The notes: a model not told the origin generated them from the sequence alone. A DNA stretch of 58,102 nt from a virus (IMGVR_UViG_3300046787_000172:1-58102); one strand, 5' to 3'; shown: positions 1-9,449, counted from the stretch's first letter. Translations and numbers: made by a program.

Positions 1-127
1 GACCAAGTTGCAAAAGCTTTTGGTATTACTGCTGGCCGTGTGCGCCAGATCGGAAACCCAGAAAAACTCGCAGACATCGCTGTGTCCATGGGGTTTAACC
101 GCAACCAAGTGTTCACTGAGCTGGGCA
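1..127. repeat. Terminal direct repeat, copy 1 (identical to 57976-58102); marks circular closure of the contig
   Basis: The first 127 nt match the last 127 nt, and the reading frame continues across the junction. Confidence 0.95.
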
Positions 128-3100
128 TTGAGTCGATCAATGAAGAGGCTGTTAACCTGACACAGGACAAAGAGTCTGTTGGCGGAGATGCTGATACCGA
201 GGGGGTGGTGGACGCTGCTGAGGTAGTGGTAGACGACACCGCTGAACGTGATGTTGAAGCTAACGCAGATGACTCTAGGTACTGGCAAAAGTCCAGTACT
301 GCTGGCAGTAAGTTGGCTGTGCAGATGGTACAAATTGCTGATGCCATTGATGCTTTGAGAGCTGCCGCCGCTGAGCTGAAGCAACTTGGCGTATCTGAAG
401 CTGCTGAATCTGTGCAGGCTCGTATTGACGAGCTGACAGCCAAGTCCGACACCCTGATAGCCACAGCGACTGAGAAGGCTGCGCCCAAAGCTGCCCCAGT
501 ATCCAAGGCCACAGCCACTGTCAAAGAAGCCCAGCAGCGTTGGAAAGACGCTGGCCGGGACATCACCAAGCTCTCGTCGGAGGACTTGGGCCTGCTGTTG
601 CCTTACGTGCGTGACACCATCAAAAACACAGAGCTCGCAGGCAAGATCACTGCTGAGCTGCAAAGCCGTGGAGAAGCCAATGCCGTTCAAGTCGAAAGCC
701 CAGCAGGGGTACCTGTTCAGCCAAAAGCCGAAACTGGCAAAGAAGTGGGCCGACAAGTACGGCGTGCCCCAAAGCCTGCCGCAGAAGGCAAAGCCCAAGT
801 CCCAGCCGTCATCCTCACCCAAGCAGAACAAGCCGCTCAAGCGTGGGATGTAGTCGCTGCTGACTTCCCAGAAGCTCCCAAGTTTGCGGACTTGACCAAG
901 GCCCAGCAGAACACCTTCATTGGCTTCGGCCCTGACAACTGGGAGCGCGGTGACGTTGAGCTTGAGTTGACCAAGCTGGCACGCGCTGCTGCGCCTACCC
1001 AGCGAGCCATACGATTGCGCCACGGTACAACCGCAGCCAACAAGGCCATGATAGAGAAGCTCGGACACATGGACCCGGAAGGTGGAGAGCGCCAGTACAC
1101 GTACTCAGAGTTTGGCCGTAAAGCTGTGTATCTAACCCGCCCTGAAGGCTGGTGGCTTGACAAAGAACAAGCCGCTGCTGGGCGTGCCGTTGTTTACGAC
1201 TCTTTTGTGGACGTTGAACTGCCAAGCGATGTAAACGTAGTCACAATAAATAACATGGCTGACTTTGAAGCGCTAGCTAAACGAGTCGGCGAACCAAGCG
1301 CACAGTCAATGGCTAACAAACTTGCCGTAGATGGGCTTGACTGGCTATCAACAGCCAAAGAATTGCGCTCTATCACATTAGACCAAGCAGTTCAAAAGTA
1401 CATTCGTGAGCAGAAACAGAGCGCCGCCAAGTATGGTGGGTTTGATACCGAGGGCGTTAACACCTTAGGCGAGCTGGCTGACTTTTTGAACGCCAATGTA
1501 AACAATCAGTACACTCAAACAACAGAAGCTGAACTGCGTACACGCATTCGCGACAACTGGCTTGACGCAAAGTCTTACGAGCTAAACACGTTTGGCGAAT
1601 CTGATGCAATGACGCAGAAGCTGATTGACGCTGGCGTGGACGTTATTGACATAGCCCCAGACGCAGACGTTGGAGTTGCTGCGGATCAGGTTGTGGTGTT
1701 GCGCCCTGAACTGGTCAAGCTTACCTCGACTGTAAAACAGCAAGAAGCTTTCTTACGTAAGTCGCGCCGCAGCGTCCGCACTGCTGACCAAAGCGGGACT
1801 GAGTTTGAGTCTGTTGAGGCTTCGCTGGACGACTTGTCCGGCTACTCTGAGGGTATCGCCGCTGGTATCCGTAGCCTGCGCAGCTCTGGCATGGGCAACG
1901 CTGTTGACGCCATTGACTCGTGGATGGTTACGTTCTCCCCAGTGTCGTGGGACGCCATCTACACCATGATCGACGGCAAGCGCACCATCATTTACAACGG
2001 TGTGATCCTCAAGGACAAGGTTCTGGCTACCACTGCCACGCTGCACGAAGTCGGCCATGGTATTGATGAGGTACAGGGCGGCGCTGGTAAGTTCTCCGGC
2101 GGTTCTGAGTTCAGAATGTCCCGCGTAAACGGCGAGCTGATGTCTATGCGTCCCGGCACGGTTGCAGACGAACTCTTGAACCACTGGGAAGACAGCAGTG
2201 AGACGTCTGCTTTGGGCGGCATGCTCAACTACCCACTGGACATGACAGACCCGGAAAACCGCTCGCTGACAATGCAAGAACTCCGTGAGGAAGTCTTCGC
2301 ACAGGTGTGGGCTTTTTCCAACATGAATGGCGGCATGGATTACCTCCGTGATAACCTGCCAACGACCTACGCTTTTATGGAGAAGGCACATGAACAAGTC
2401 AAAGCCACAAACTACCAACGCACCCAAGGTGCCCAGCAAGGTGCTCAGTCAGGACAAGTTCAAGCTGAACAGCAAAACGCGCAGCCTGCTGGAGCAATTC
2501 TTAGAGCCAGCCGCCAAGCCAAACAAGGACTGATCGACCGCAACATCGCTAAGCTGCCGAAGATGTCTCAGCAGCCGGTGAAGCGTGTAACCGAAGCCAT
2601 CGGTGATTTGGGTGGCAAGTACCTTGACTACGCCGTCTTTACCAGCGACTTGGTCAAGCGTGCTGTTGCTGCTGGCCTGCCTGCTGCTCAGACTTTCTCC
2701 GACCGCCTTGCTTCACGTAACGCCAAGGTCAGTGAAGAGGAACGCAAGATCGAAAAGATCGCCGACCGCTATGCGTCCATCGAAGATGAGAACAAGGGCT
2801 CCGGTCCCGGCTCGGTCAACGAGTTCTTATTTGAGTCCACCCGCACAGGCAAGTGGGGCTACGGAAAATACCGTGATGCCAAGATGGGCGCTGCGTTCGA
2901 TAAGCTGAAACCCAAGGCTCAGCAGTTCGTCAAAGACGTGTTTGCCCATGGTGATGCCACGCTGTCCAACAAGAAGAAGATTGTCTTGGAGGCAACCAAC
3001 TCCGAGTACGACGCCATGATTAAGGCAGCTCAGGACGCCGGTGACACCAAGACAGAGGCCACCCTCAAGGCTGAGAAAGCCGCCACGCTCAAGCGCTTCC

Positions 3101-5280
3101 AGACACTGTTCCGCATCCGCGATGGTGTACCCTACGCGCCCATCAAGCGCACTGGTTCGTACGTGGTAATTGGCGAGTCCGCTGAGTACCAAAAAGCCAA
3201 GGCCAACAACGACACTGCTACGCTCAAGAAGCTGGAGTCTGACCCAGACCACTACCATGTGTCGTTCACAGACACTAAGTGGCAAGCCCGTAGCCTGCGT
3301 GACAGACTGGCAGAGCAAGGCGTGTTCGCCGACCCGCAAGTTGTTTCGCGCTCTGAGTCGTTTGACGAGGCGTTCAGTGGCGAGGCCATGTTGCCAGCCC
3401 TGACAAAGATGCGTGCCGCTGTGGATCGTCGTGCTCAGGACTCTACTGGCAAGAAAGACCCAACTGCGGGCAAGCTGCTCAACATCATCAACCAGTTGTA
3501 CTTGGAGGCGTTGGCTGAGGGTAGTGCTCGCAAGTCTGAGATGCGTCGTCGTGGTGTGGCCGGTGAAGTGGACATGCTTCAGTCGTTTACCCAGCAGGGT
3601 CGTGCCGATGCCAACTTCTTGGCCAGCGTTGAGTTCGAGCCCAAGATTCAGGACGCCCTGCAGCAGATGCGCAACCAGTCACGCAAGGGTGACCGCGAAC
3701 GCAAGTCGGAAATCTTTGACGAGTTGACCCAACGCTACGCAGGTACGCTGGACCCACAGCCAAGCCCATTTATCAGTGGCTTGACCAACATGGCATCCAA
3801 GTTCTTCTTGGCCTCCAGCCCTGCGTACTACCTGCAGAACTTGACACAGCCGTTCATGATGTCGCTGCCTGCCATGGCAGGTCGCCATGACTACACCAAG
3901 GCCGCTGCAGAGCTGGCTAAAGCGTACGCTGAGCTTGGCCCACTGTTCAAGGATGTGAAGCTGTTTGACGAGCAGTTTGACTTCTCCGCAGTGCCTGCTG
4001 ATGTGCGTAAAGCCATCAACGAGTTGGTCAACCAAGGCAAGATCGACATCGGTCTGGCCACTGAGATCAACGAGTACAAGGTAGAAGCCGACAACAAACT
4101 CAGCAAGTTCGCGCAGCGCCTGAACAAGGGTATGCGTATGGCTGTCCAGAAGGTGGAAGCTACCAACCGCTTGTCTACAGCCATTGCAGCTTACCGACTG
4201 GAGTACGCCAAGACCAAGGACGCTGACAAAGCAACCCAGTACGCTGCTGACATCCTGACTGACACCCATGGCGACTACACCGCCTTTAACGCTCCTCGTG
4301 CGTTTAACACCCAGTGGGGTAAGGTGGCTTTGCAGTTCCGCAAGTTCCAGTTGATCCAGATCGCGTTCTACGCCAAGCTGATTCGTGATGCGTTCACTAA
4401 GCCGGACGAGCGTGCAGCCGCCATGAAGACACTGGCCTACTCGTTGGGTCACACTGGGGTGTTTGCTGGCCTCATGGGCTTGCCCGGCTACGCAGCTATC
4501 TCCGCCATCTTGGGTGCTTTTGGTGACGAGGACGAGCCGTACGATCTGACTGCTGAGATGCGCAAGGCGCTTGGCCCTGAGTGGGCTGACATGATTATGC
4601 GCGGCGCTCCGACCATTGTTGGTATGGACTTGTCCGGCAAGATCGGTGCAGGCAACATGCTGTCCATCATGCCATTCAGTGACGCTGACTTGAGCACCAA
4701 CGCAGGCCGCGCCGAAGCGTTTGGCACCTTGATGGGCGGTGCTGCTCTTGGCATGGCATCTCGCGTGGTAGACGGTCTTGGCTTGATCGCCAGTGGTGAC
4801 TACTACAAGGGTGTTGAGCGTGTGATGCCCAAGGGTGTGTCTGATGCGCTCAAAGCTGGTCGTCAAGCCACTGAGGGTATGACCCGCCGTAATGGTGATG
4901 TGGTCTTGCCTGAGAGCGAAATTGGCGCTATCTCGTCGGTGCTGACAGGTCTGGGCGTGCCATCTGTCCAACAGGCAGTGACTTACGAGCGTCAGAACCG
5001 CATGCGCGATATTACGCAGAACTTCCAAGACCGCACCACGCGTATCAAGAACGACTACGCCCAAGCAGTTCGCCAGAAGGACACTGCCGCCATGCAGCAA
5101 GCTCGTGAGGCATGGACTAAACTCCAGCAAGCACGTCAGCGTAACGGCTTGACACCACAACCAGTATCCAACCTGCTGAAAGCACCGCAGGAACAAGCGC
5201 AGCGTGAGAAGCGTACGATTGGTGGAGTACAGTATCGCGAAGGTCAGCGTAAACTGGCTGAAGATGTAGCAGCCAACTAA
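1..5280 (+). CDS. C-terminal part of the giant polyvalent (ejected/internal virion) protein that starts at 55954; ART-like, zincin metallopeptidase and PLxRFG-like regions
   Basis: Frame is open from base 1. Motifs: RHGT...AVYLT...DQVVVLRP (ART-like), LHEVGH...EEVFA (zincin), YAPIKRTGSY (PLxRFG-like). It follows two smaller ejection-protein genes. Confidence 0.85.
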   Translation, partial: DQVAKAFGITAGRVRQIGNPEKLADIAVSMGFNRNQVFTELGIESINEEAVNLTQDKESVGGDADTEGVVDAAEVVVDDTAERDVEANADDSRYWQKSSTAGSKLAVQMVQIADAIDALRAAAAELKQLGVSEAAESVQARIDELTAKSDTLIATATEKAAPKAAPVSKATATVKEAQQRWKDAGRDITKLSSEDLGLLLPYVRDTIKNTELAGKITAELQSRGEANAVQVESPAGVPVQPKAETGKEVGRQVRRAPKPAAEGKAQVPAVILTQAEQAAQAWDVVAADFPEAPKFADLTKAQQNTFIGFGPDNWERGDVELELTKLARAAAPTQRAIRLRHGTTAANKAMIEKLGHMDPEGGERQYTYSEFGRKAVYLTRPEGWWLDKEQAAAGRAVVYDSFVDVELPSDVNVVTINNMADFEALAKRVGEPSAQSMANKLAVDGLDWLSTAKELRSITLDQAVQKYIREQKQSAAKYGGFDTEGVNTLGELADFLNANVNNQYTQTTEAELRTRIRDNWLDAKSYELNTFGESDAMTQKLIDAGVDVIDIAPDADVGVAADQVVVLRPELVKLTSTVKQQEAFLRKSRRSVRTADQSGTEFESVEASLDDLSGYSEGIAAGIRSLRSSGMGNAVDAIDSWMVTFSPVSWDAIYTMIDGKRTIIYNGVILKDKVLATTATLHEVGHGIDEVQGGAGKFSGGSEFRMSRVNGELMSMRPGTVADELLNHWEDSSETSALGGMLNYPLDMTDPENRSLTMQELREEVFAQVWAFSNMNGGMDYLRDNLPTTYAFMEKAHEQVKATNYQRTQGAQQGAQSGQVQAEQQNAQPAGAILRASRQAKQGLIDRNIAKLPKMSQQPVKRVTEAIGDLGGKYLDYAVFTSDLVKRAVAAGLPAAQTFSDRLASRNAKVSEEERKIEKIADRYASIEDENKGSGPGSVNEFLFESTRTGKWGYGKYRDAKMGAAFDKLKPKAQQFVKDVFAHGDATLSNKKKIVLEATNSEYDAMIKAAQDAGDTKTEATLKAEKAATLKRFQTLFRIRDGVPYAPIKRTGSYVVIGESAEYQKAKANNDTATLKKLESDPDHYHVSFTDTKWQARSLRDRLAEQGVFADPQVVSRSESFDEAFSGEAMLPALTKMRAAVDRRAQDSTGKKDPTAGKLLNIINQLYLEALAEGSARKSEMRRRGVAGEVDMLQSFTQQGRADANFLASVEFEPKIQDALQQMRNQSRKGDRERKSEIFDELTQRYAGTLDPQPSPFISGLTNMASKFFLASSPAYYLQNLTQPFMMSLPAMAGRHDYTKAAAELAKAYAELGPLFKDVKLFDEQFDFSAVPADVRKAINELVNQGKIDIGLATEINEYKVEADNKLSKFAQRLNKGMRMAVQKVEATNRLSTAIAAYRLEYAKTKDADKATQYAADILTDTHGDYTAFNAPRAFNTQWGKVALQFRKFQLIQIAFYAKLIRDAFTKPDERAAAMKTLAYSLGHTGVFAGLMGLPGYAAISAILGAFGDEDEPYDLTAEMRKALGPEWADMIMRGAPTIVGMDLSGKIGAGNMLSIMPFSDADLSTNAGRAEAFGTLMGGAALGMASRVVDGLGLIASGDYYKGVERVMPKGVSDALKAGRQATEGMTRRNGDVVLPESEIGAISSVLTGLGVPSVQQAVTYERQNRMRDITQNFQDRTTRIKNDYAQAVRQKDTAAMQQAREAWTKLQQARQRNGLTPQPVSNLLKAPQEQAQREKRTIGGVQYREGQRKLAEDVAAN
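680..853 (+). CDS. Nested +1-frame small basic protein MPFKSKAQQGYLFSQKPKLAKKWADKY... (57 aa)
   Basis: GGAG at 670-673, 6 nt before ATG; genome-typical codons (TTC, AAG, TAC, CTG, GCC); resembles small phage proteins starting MPFKS. Confidence 0.7.
   Translation: MPFKSKAQQGYLFSQKPKLAKKWADKYGVPQSLPQKAKPKSQPSSSPKQNKPLKRGM
2390..2533 (+). CDS. Possible nested +1-frame peptide MNKSKPQ...LLEQFLEPAAKPNKD (47 aa)
   Basis: GGAG at 2379-2382, 7 nt before ATG; lies in the Gln-rich linker of the giant protein. Confidence 0.45.
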   Translation: MNKSKPQTTNAPKVPSKVLSQDKFKLNSKTRSLLEQFLEPAAKPNKD

Positions 5281-5291
5281 GGAGAAACACC

Positions 5292-5552
5292 ATGGCCAAA
5301 ACACCTGCGTGGACACGCAAAGAAGGCAAAGACCCCAAAGGCGGGCTTAATGCCAAAGGGCGTGCCTCCTACAACAAGGCGAACCCCGGCAAGCCGGGGC
5401 TTAAGCCGCCAGCACCTAACCCCAAGAACGCCAAGGATGAGGCGCGTCGAGACAGTTTTTGCGCTCGGATGGGCGGTATGCCCGGCCATATGAAAGACGA
5501 CAAAGGACGCCCAACACGCAAGGCGCTGTCGCTCAAAGCATGGAACTGCTGA
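5292..5552 (+). CDS. Small basic phage protein (DUF6321-like)
   Basis: AAGGAG RBS; motifs GGLNAKGRASY, RRDSFCARM, SLKAWNC. Confidence 0.8.
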   Translation: MAKTPAWTRKEGKDPKGGLNAKGRASYNKANPGKPGLKPPAPNPKNAKDEARRDSFCARMGGMPGHMKDDKGRPTRKALSLKAWNC

Positions 5553-5553
5553 C

Positions 5554-5742
5554 ATGGCTACCAAGTCCAAATCTACAGTCAATGCTGCTGGCAACTACAC
5601 TAAGCCTGAGCTGCGCAAGCGGATCGTCAGCCAAGTGAAAGCCGCAGCTACCCAAGGCACTGGTGCTGGCCAGTGGTCAGCTCGCAAGGCGCAACTCGTG
5701 GCCAAGAAGTACAAAGCCGCTGGCGGGGGGTACAGAAATTGA
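5554..5742 (+). CDS. Small basic phage protein (resembles N-terminal half of DUF5872-like proteins)
   Basis: YTKPELRKRI...GQWSARKAQL...YKAAGGGY. Confidence 0.75.
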   Translation: MATKSKSTVNAAGNYTKPELRKRIVSQVKAAATQGTGAGQWSARKAQLVAKKYKAAGGGYRN

Positions 5743-5972
5743 AAGCCCCTCAGAAGTCCCTCAAAGAGTGGACAGACCAAAACTGGAAGACCAAAAGTGG
5801 AAAACGATCATCTGACACTGGCGAAAGGTATCTACCTGAGTCTGCAATTAAAAGTCTTAGCCCTGCTGAATATGCTGCAACAACGCGTGCGAAACGCGCT
5901 GGCAAAGCTGCGGGGAAACAGTTTGTAGCGCAACCCAAAAAGATCGCTGCGAAAACCGCGAAGTACCGTTAA
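5739..5972 (+). CDS. Small basic phage protein (resembles C-terminal half of DUF5872-like proteins)
   Basis: TTG start overlaps the previous stop (TTGA); QKSLKEW..QNWKTKSG..GERYLP..GKQFV. Confidence 0.75.
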   Translation: MKAPQKSLKEWTDQNWKTKSGKRSSDTGERYLPESAIKSLSPAEYAATTRAKRAGKAAGKQFVAQPKKIAAKTAKYR

Positions 5973-5990
5973 CCTCAACTGGAGAATCTC

Positions 5991-6173
5991 ATGAAGTCAA
6001 TGCCAATGCGCGGTCAACGCACCGCAACAAACAAAGCCAAGGCCAACCCATTTGGCAAGGGCGAGTCCAAGATGATGGAAGCCAAAGAGAAGAAGATGGC
6101 TGGTGGTGCCAAAGCCTACGCCGCCATGGAGAAGAAGTATGAAGGCAAGAAATCAACCTCGAAAATGAAGTGA
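5991..6173 (+). CDS. Small Lys/Met-rich protein
   Basis: GGAG RBS; 60-aa ORF within the basic-protein cluster. Confidence 0.7.
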   Translation: MKSMPMRGQRTATNKAKANPFGKGESKMMEAKEKKMAGGAKAYAAMEKKYEGKKSTSKMK

Positions 6174-6180
6174 GGCCATC

Positions 6181-6279
6181 ATGAAAAAGACCATTATGTT
6201 CAAGCCCTGCAAGGGCTGCCCTACCCCCGCCAAGTGCGCCAAGATGGGCGCTTGCATGATGAAGTCCAAAGCCAAGTGA
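6181..6279 (+). CDS. 32-aa basic Cys4 peptide MKKTIMFKPCKGCPTPAKCAKMGACMMKSKAK
   Basis: GAGG RBS; CxxC-x5-C-x5-C; too short for the ORF track. Confidence 0.65.
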   Translation: MKKTIMFKPCKGCPTPAKCAKMGACMMKSKAK

Positions 6280-6281
6280 CG

Positions 6282-6313
6282 AAAAAAAGCCCCCGGGCCT
6301 TTCAGCTCGGGGG
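6282..6313 (-). terminator. Intrinsic terminator where the two genome arms converge
   Basis: GC stem ccccgggc/gctcgggg next to an A7 tract (U-tract on minus strand). Confidence 0.75.
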
Positions 6314-6362
6314 TCAAAGTTTCTCAACACAACAGGAACCGACATGACAGTCGGCGGGCAAA

Positions 6363-9300
6363 TCATATATCGCTGGCAGCATCTCCGTCAAGTCTGTTGC
6401 TAACCAAGGTCAACACAGGTGCGGTTGACTCAGCGTTCAGGCGCTTGGTATCCACCACAATGCAGCGCTGCTGCTGCGACGTGCAGTCAGTCCCACGGGT
6501 GATGAGAAACTTCTCGCCATGGCTAACCAAGGCCTTAGCTTCCTTCAAGCTGGTCACTATGGACTGGTAGTCCATGCGGTTGGCCATACACCATTCCCGC
6601 ACCTCCTTCTGGCTCAAGATCAGGCGACCAGCAAACTCTTTGTGGTTCACGGTGCCGAGGATGTACCGTCCTGCGATTGGCCCATTGACTCGGTTGCGTG
6701 GGGTCTCAGGCCCACGGGCGTCACGCCCATCACGACACTCTGTGGTCACGATGATGCGGGGGCTTAGCTGGCCAACCATGCGCTGGAAGGCGTCTTCCGA
6801 TGTCACGGTGTTGTTCTCTTCCACGGACTCAGCCAGCTCGTGCAGCAGGCCAACGGTGAACTTGTACATCTCACGGATATCGAAATCCACAATGCCCAGC
6901 TTCTTGGCGATCTTGGCAATCACGATTGTGCATGCACTGTGTGCCCTGTAAAACCTGAACTTGGGGTTGGACAGCACGTCGGTGAACTTGGACAGCATGG
7001 TTTGCATGTCCTTGTGAACTTCAGCTTCGTTGGCCAAGATGTACTTGACCATGGCAGCACCTGCATGCCCGGAGTTGATCGTCATCTGCTTGATGTTCTC
7101 GGCAGCCACCATGGCAGAAGCTGACCTCCATGCGTCTTCGCCCTCTTCGGTGTTGGGGAACTCAGCCCGGTCCACGAGCATCAGCGGGTCGTAGCGATCC
7201 ACGTTGAGCTGAATCAGACGCACAGCCTCAGCCTGAGAGTTGGCTTGGTTGGCCGCAAGCAGTCCATAGAAGTCCCGGTTGCCAGTCACGTACACGTTCA
7301 GACGCCACTCGGATGACTTGGCGAATACCACAGTACCACCCTTGGATGTCATGCGGATACGGTCTTGGCCGTTGGATACGCCGTAGGCCACATCACTGAA
7401 CACTGGGGCTTCCATGTTGGTCAGCTCGTCCGCCAGCACAGGGATGTTGTTAAACACACCCAGCGTAGCCCACAGCGCGTTGGTGGTGAAGCCCTCCTTG
7501 GAGTTGAGGGTCATGCGCTCAGGGTTGCCGAACGCAGCCAGCGCAGCGTGACATGCAGTGGTCTTACCGCGACCGGACTTGCCGCCTTGCAGTGCCAGAA
7601 TCAAGCCCTTGTACAGGTCTTCGCAGTGATGTGACAGCAGTGAGCCCCATCCAGCGCACACGGTGTACTGCCAGTGGACAGCCTCGGGACGGTTGTACAT
7701 GAAGTTCAGGGCGTCGGCGTAGCCCTTGAGACTGCCGCGATTGTTACGGAACGTGGCCACACGCTCCTTGGCGTTGCCGCCCACCAGCACCGGGCGCTCA
7801 GAGCCGTCAGCAGAATGGAGGGTTTCGCCGAGCAGGAACGCCTTGTGGTCGTCCTTCCAGCCAAACGAGGTCAGGGTGTTGGTCTCAGAGATGTTGCGTT
7901 TGAGGGATTGGAGCTGGTCCAACAGGTATGCGGCCATGTGCTCTCCTGCATTTTTGTGGTTGCTCTTGGTAAGTTCGTACCGGGCCAAGGCCCGCAGCAT
8001 GTCGGTTGGGGACGCCACTGACTCGCCGGGGATTTCAAATTCACGGATGCGCTTGTCCGGCAGATGGAACCGGATGCCATAACGGAACGTGCCGTCTTCG
8101 CCGCGTATGCGTGTGATGGGGTAGAACAAGTTCTCACAGAAGGGGAAAACCTGCATGACGCCCTCTCTGTCGGGAATCAACCGGCTAAGCAAACTGCCAT
8201 CCCACTGGTAGCCCCTTGGCACAGCAGGAACCGTGGCTTGCTCGACAGTACCCGCCTCAGTCACGACCTCTTCGACAGTCTCCTCTGGCTCAGAGGCGAT
8301 GCGACCTAACACCAGCGGCGTCTTGATCTTGTCCTTGAACTGGCACCCGGTGCAGCCGTTGGGGTTGCACTTGCTGAAGAACTCGCATGTCGTTGGGCCA
8401 GCACCCCATGTGTCGTATCGGATGTCCCAGTCGATCTGGCCATGGCCAGTGGCCTCGCGCTCGGCGCTCCAGTCACGGGCAAACTCACGACCGCTCTCAC
8501 AGTGCGTCAGAAGGCCGATTACACCGCGCCAAGTCTCGTAGTCCACGTCACCCTTGCTGTCGCGCATAGCGCCCGCCTGAAGGCACTTGCTGGCCATGAG
8601 GTCGGCATCTACTGGCAGTTCGGCGTATTGGTGGAGGTGACCAGTCAGGTCGGAATTAAGGTCAGTCGGCTGATACTGTTTCTTAGGCGCTTCGCGGATC
8701 AACTTAACGTCATGCTCTTTGGCGTAGTCAAACAGCGGCGTAGCAAATTCTTTGGGGTCAATGGCCTCGCAGGTGGCCAGCACCTTGACGTTCTTGGCAT
8801 CACCGTTCTTGCGGTTGGTCGAACCCACGGGTCTGAGAATAGAGCTGAAGTCCGCCGTGCGTGTCGGGTCTGCGATTACCTTGCAGTGGGCCAACGTGGA
8901 CTTGAGGACGACGGCTATCTTGCGCCATAACTCCGGCCCGATGTCTTTGGTCAGTGGCCAGTAGGCATGGATGCCATTGCCAGAATCAACCATCAGCGGC
9001 CTTGGAACGCCCACATCCTTGGCGAACTTGGCCATGGCAACAACAGCGTCCTTCTTGGTCAGGTAGCCCTGCCCCTTGTCGAACTTCTCTTGGCCGCAGT
9101 CAACGTCCACCCAGAATGATTTGGCCTTGTCCCAGTTCTCCGGGACTCGGTACTTGCGTTTGTTGTTGCCGTTCTTGTCCAGCTCGTCCAACTCGATGAC
9201 GGCCTTCTGGTACGAAGCACACGCGTGGTACACCGACAGCTGCTTGCTGTCAGCCATACCTTCAATGGCATCAGCCATGGTCTCAAGGTCCGTGTAAACC

Positions 9301-9395
9301 TTGTGCGCAGGAAATTTGTAGCCCTCGTTGAACAGGGCCAAGTAATGAATGCCATGTTCGGGCAGGATTGCTTTGAGAAACTCAAGGGTGTTCAC
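6363..9395 (-). CDS. Primase-helicase fusion (AEP-type primase, PriCT-like, Cys cluster, DUF927-like helicase)
   Basis: WVDVDC, DSGNGIHAYW, DYETWRGV, C..C/CTGC cluster, Walker A GKSGRGKTT, ADELT. Confidence 0.85.
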   Translation of the reverse strand: MNTLEFLKAILPEHGIHYLALFNEGYKFPAHKVYTDLETMADAIEGMADSKQLSVYHACASYQKAVIELDELDKNGNNKRKYRVPENWDKAKSFWVDVDCGQEKFDKGQGYLTKKDAVVAMAKFAKDVGVPRPLMVDSGNGIHAYWPLTKDIGPELWRKIAVVLKSTLAHCKVIADPTRTADFSSILRPVGSTNRKNGDAKNVKVLATCEAIDPKEFATPLFDYAKEHDVKLIREAPKKQYQPTDLNSDLTGHLHQYAELPVDADLMASKCLQAGAMRDSKGDVDYETWRGVIGLLTHCESGREFARDWSAEREATGHGQIDWDIRYDTWGAGPTTCEFFSKCNPNGCTGCQFKDKIKTPLVLGRIASEPEETVEEVVTEAGTVEQATVPAVPRGYQWDGSLLSRLIPDREGVMQVFPFCENLFYPITRIRGEDGTFRYGIRFHLPDKRIREFEIPGESVASPTDMLRALARYELTKSNHKNAGEHMAAYLLDQLQSLKRNISETNTLTSFGWKDDHKAFLLGETLHSADGSERPVLVGGNAKERVATFRNNRGSLKGYADALNFMYNRPEAVHWQYTVCAGWGSLLSHHCEDLYKGLILALQGGKSGRGKTTACHAALAAFGNPERMTLNSKEGFTTNALWATLGVFNNIPVLADELTNMEAPVFSDVAYGVSNGQDRIRMTSKGGTVVFAKSSEWRLNVYVTGNRDFYGLLAANQANSQAEAVRLIQLNVDRYDPLMLVDRAEFPNTEEGEDAWRSASAMVAAENIKQMTINSGHAGAAMVKYILANEAEVHKDMQTMLSKFTDVLSNPKFRFYRAHSACTIVIAKIAKKLGIVDFDIREMYKFTVGLLHELAESVEENNTVTSEDAFQRMVGQLSPRIIVTTECRDGRDARGPETPRNRVNGPIAGRYILGTVNHKEFAGRLILSQKEVREWCMANRMDYQSIVTSLKEAKALVSHGEKFLITRGTDCTSQQQRCIVVDTKRLNAESTAPVLTLVSNRLDGDAASDI

Positions 9396-9449
9396 GGCAC
9401 ACCCCACTAACTGTTGTATTTATGCAACTCATGACGACTCCAAAAAAGG

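Noticed and set aside
40-5280. ORF-track start at 40 for a 1746-aa protein
   Set aside because: The frame is open upstream across the junction to ATG 55954.
5720-5745. Programmed -1 frameshift fusing the 5554 and 5739 ORFs
   Set aside because: The G6 run gives no in-frame X XXY YYZ site, and TTGA overlap explains the coupling.
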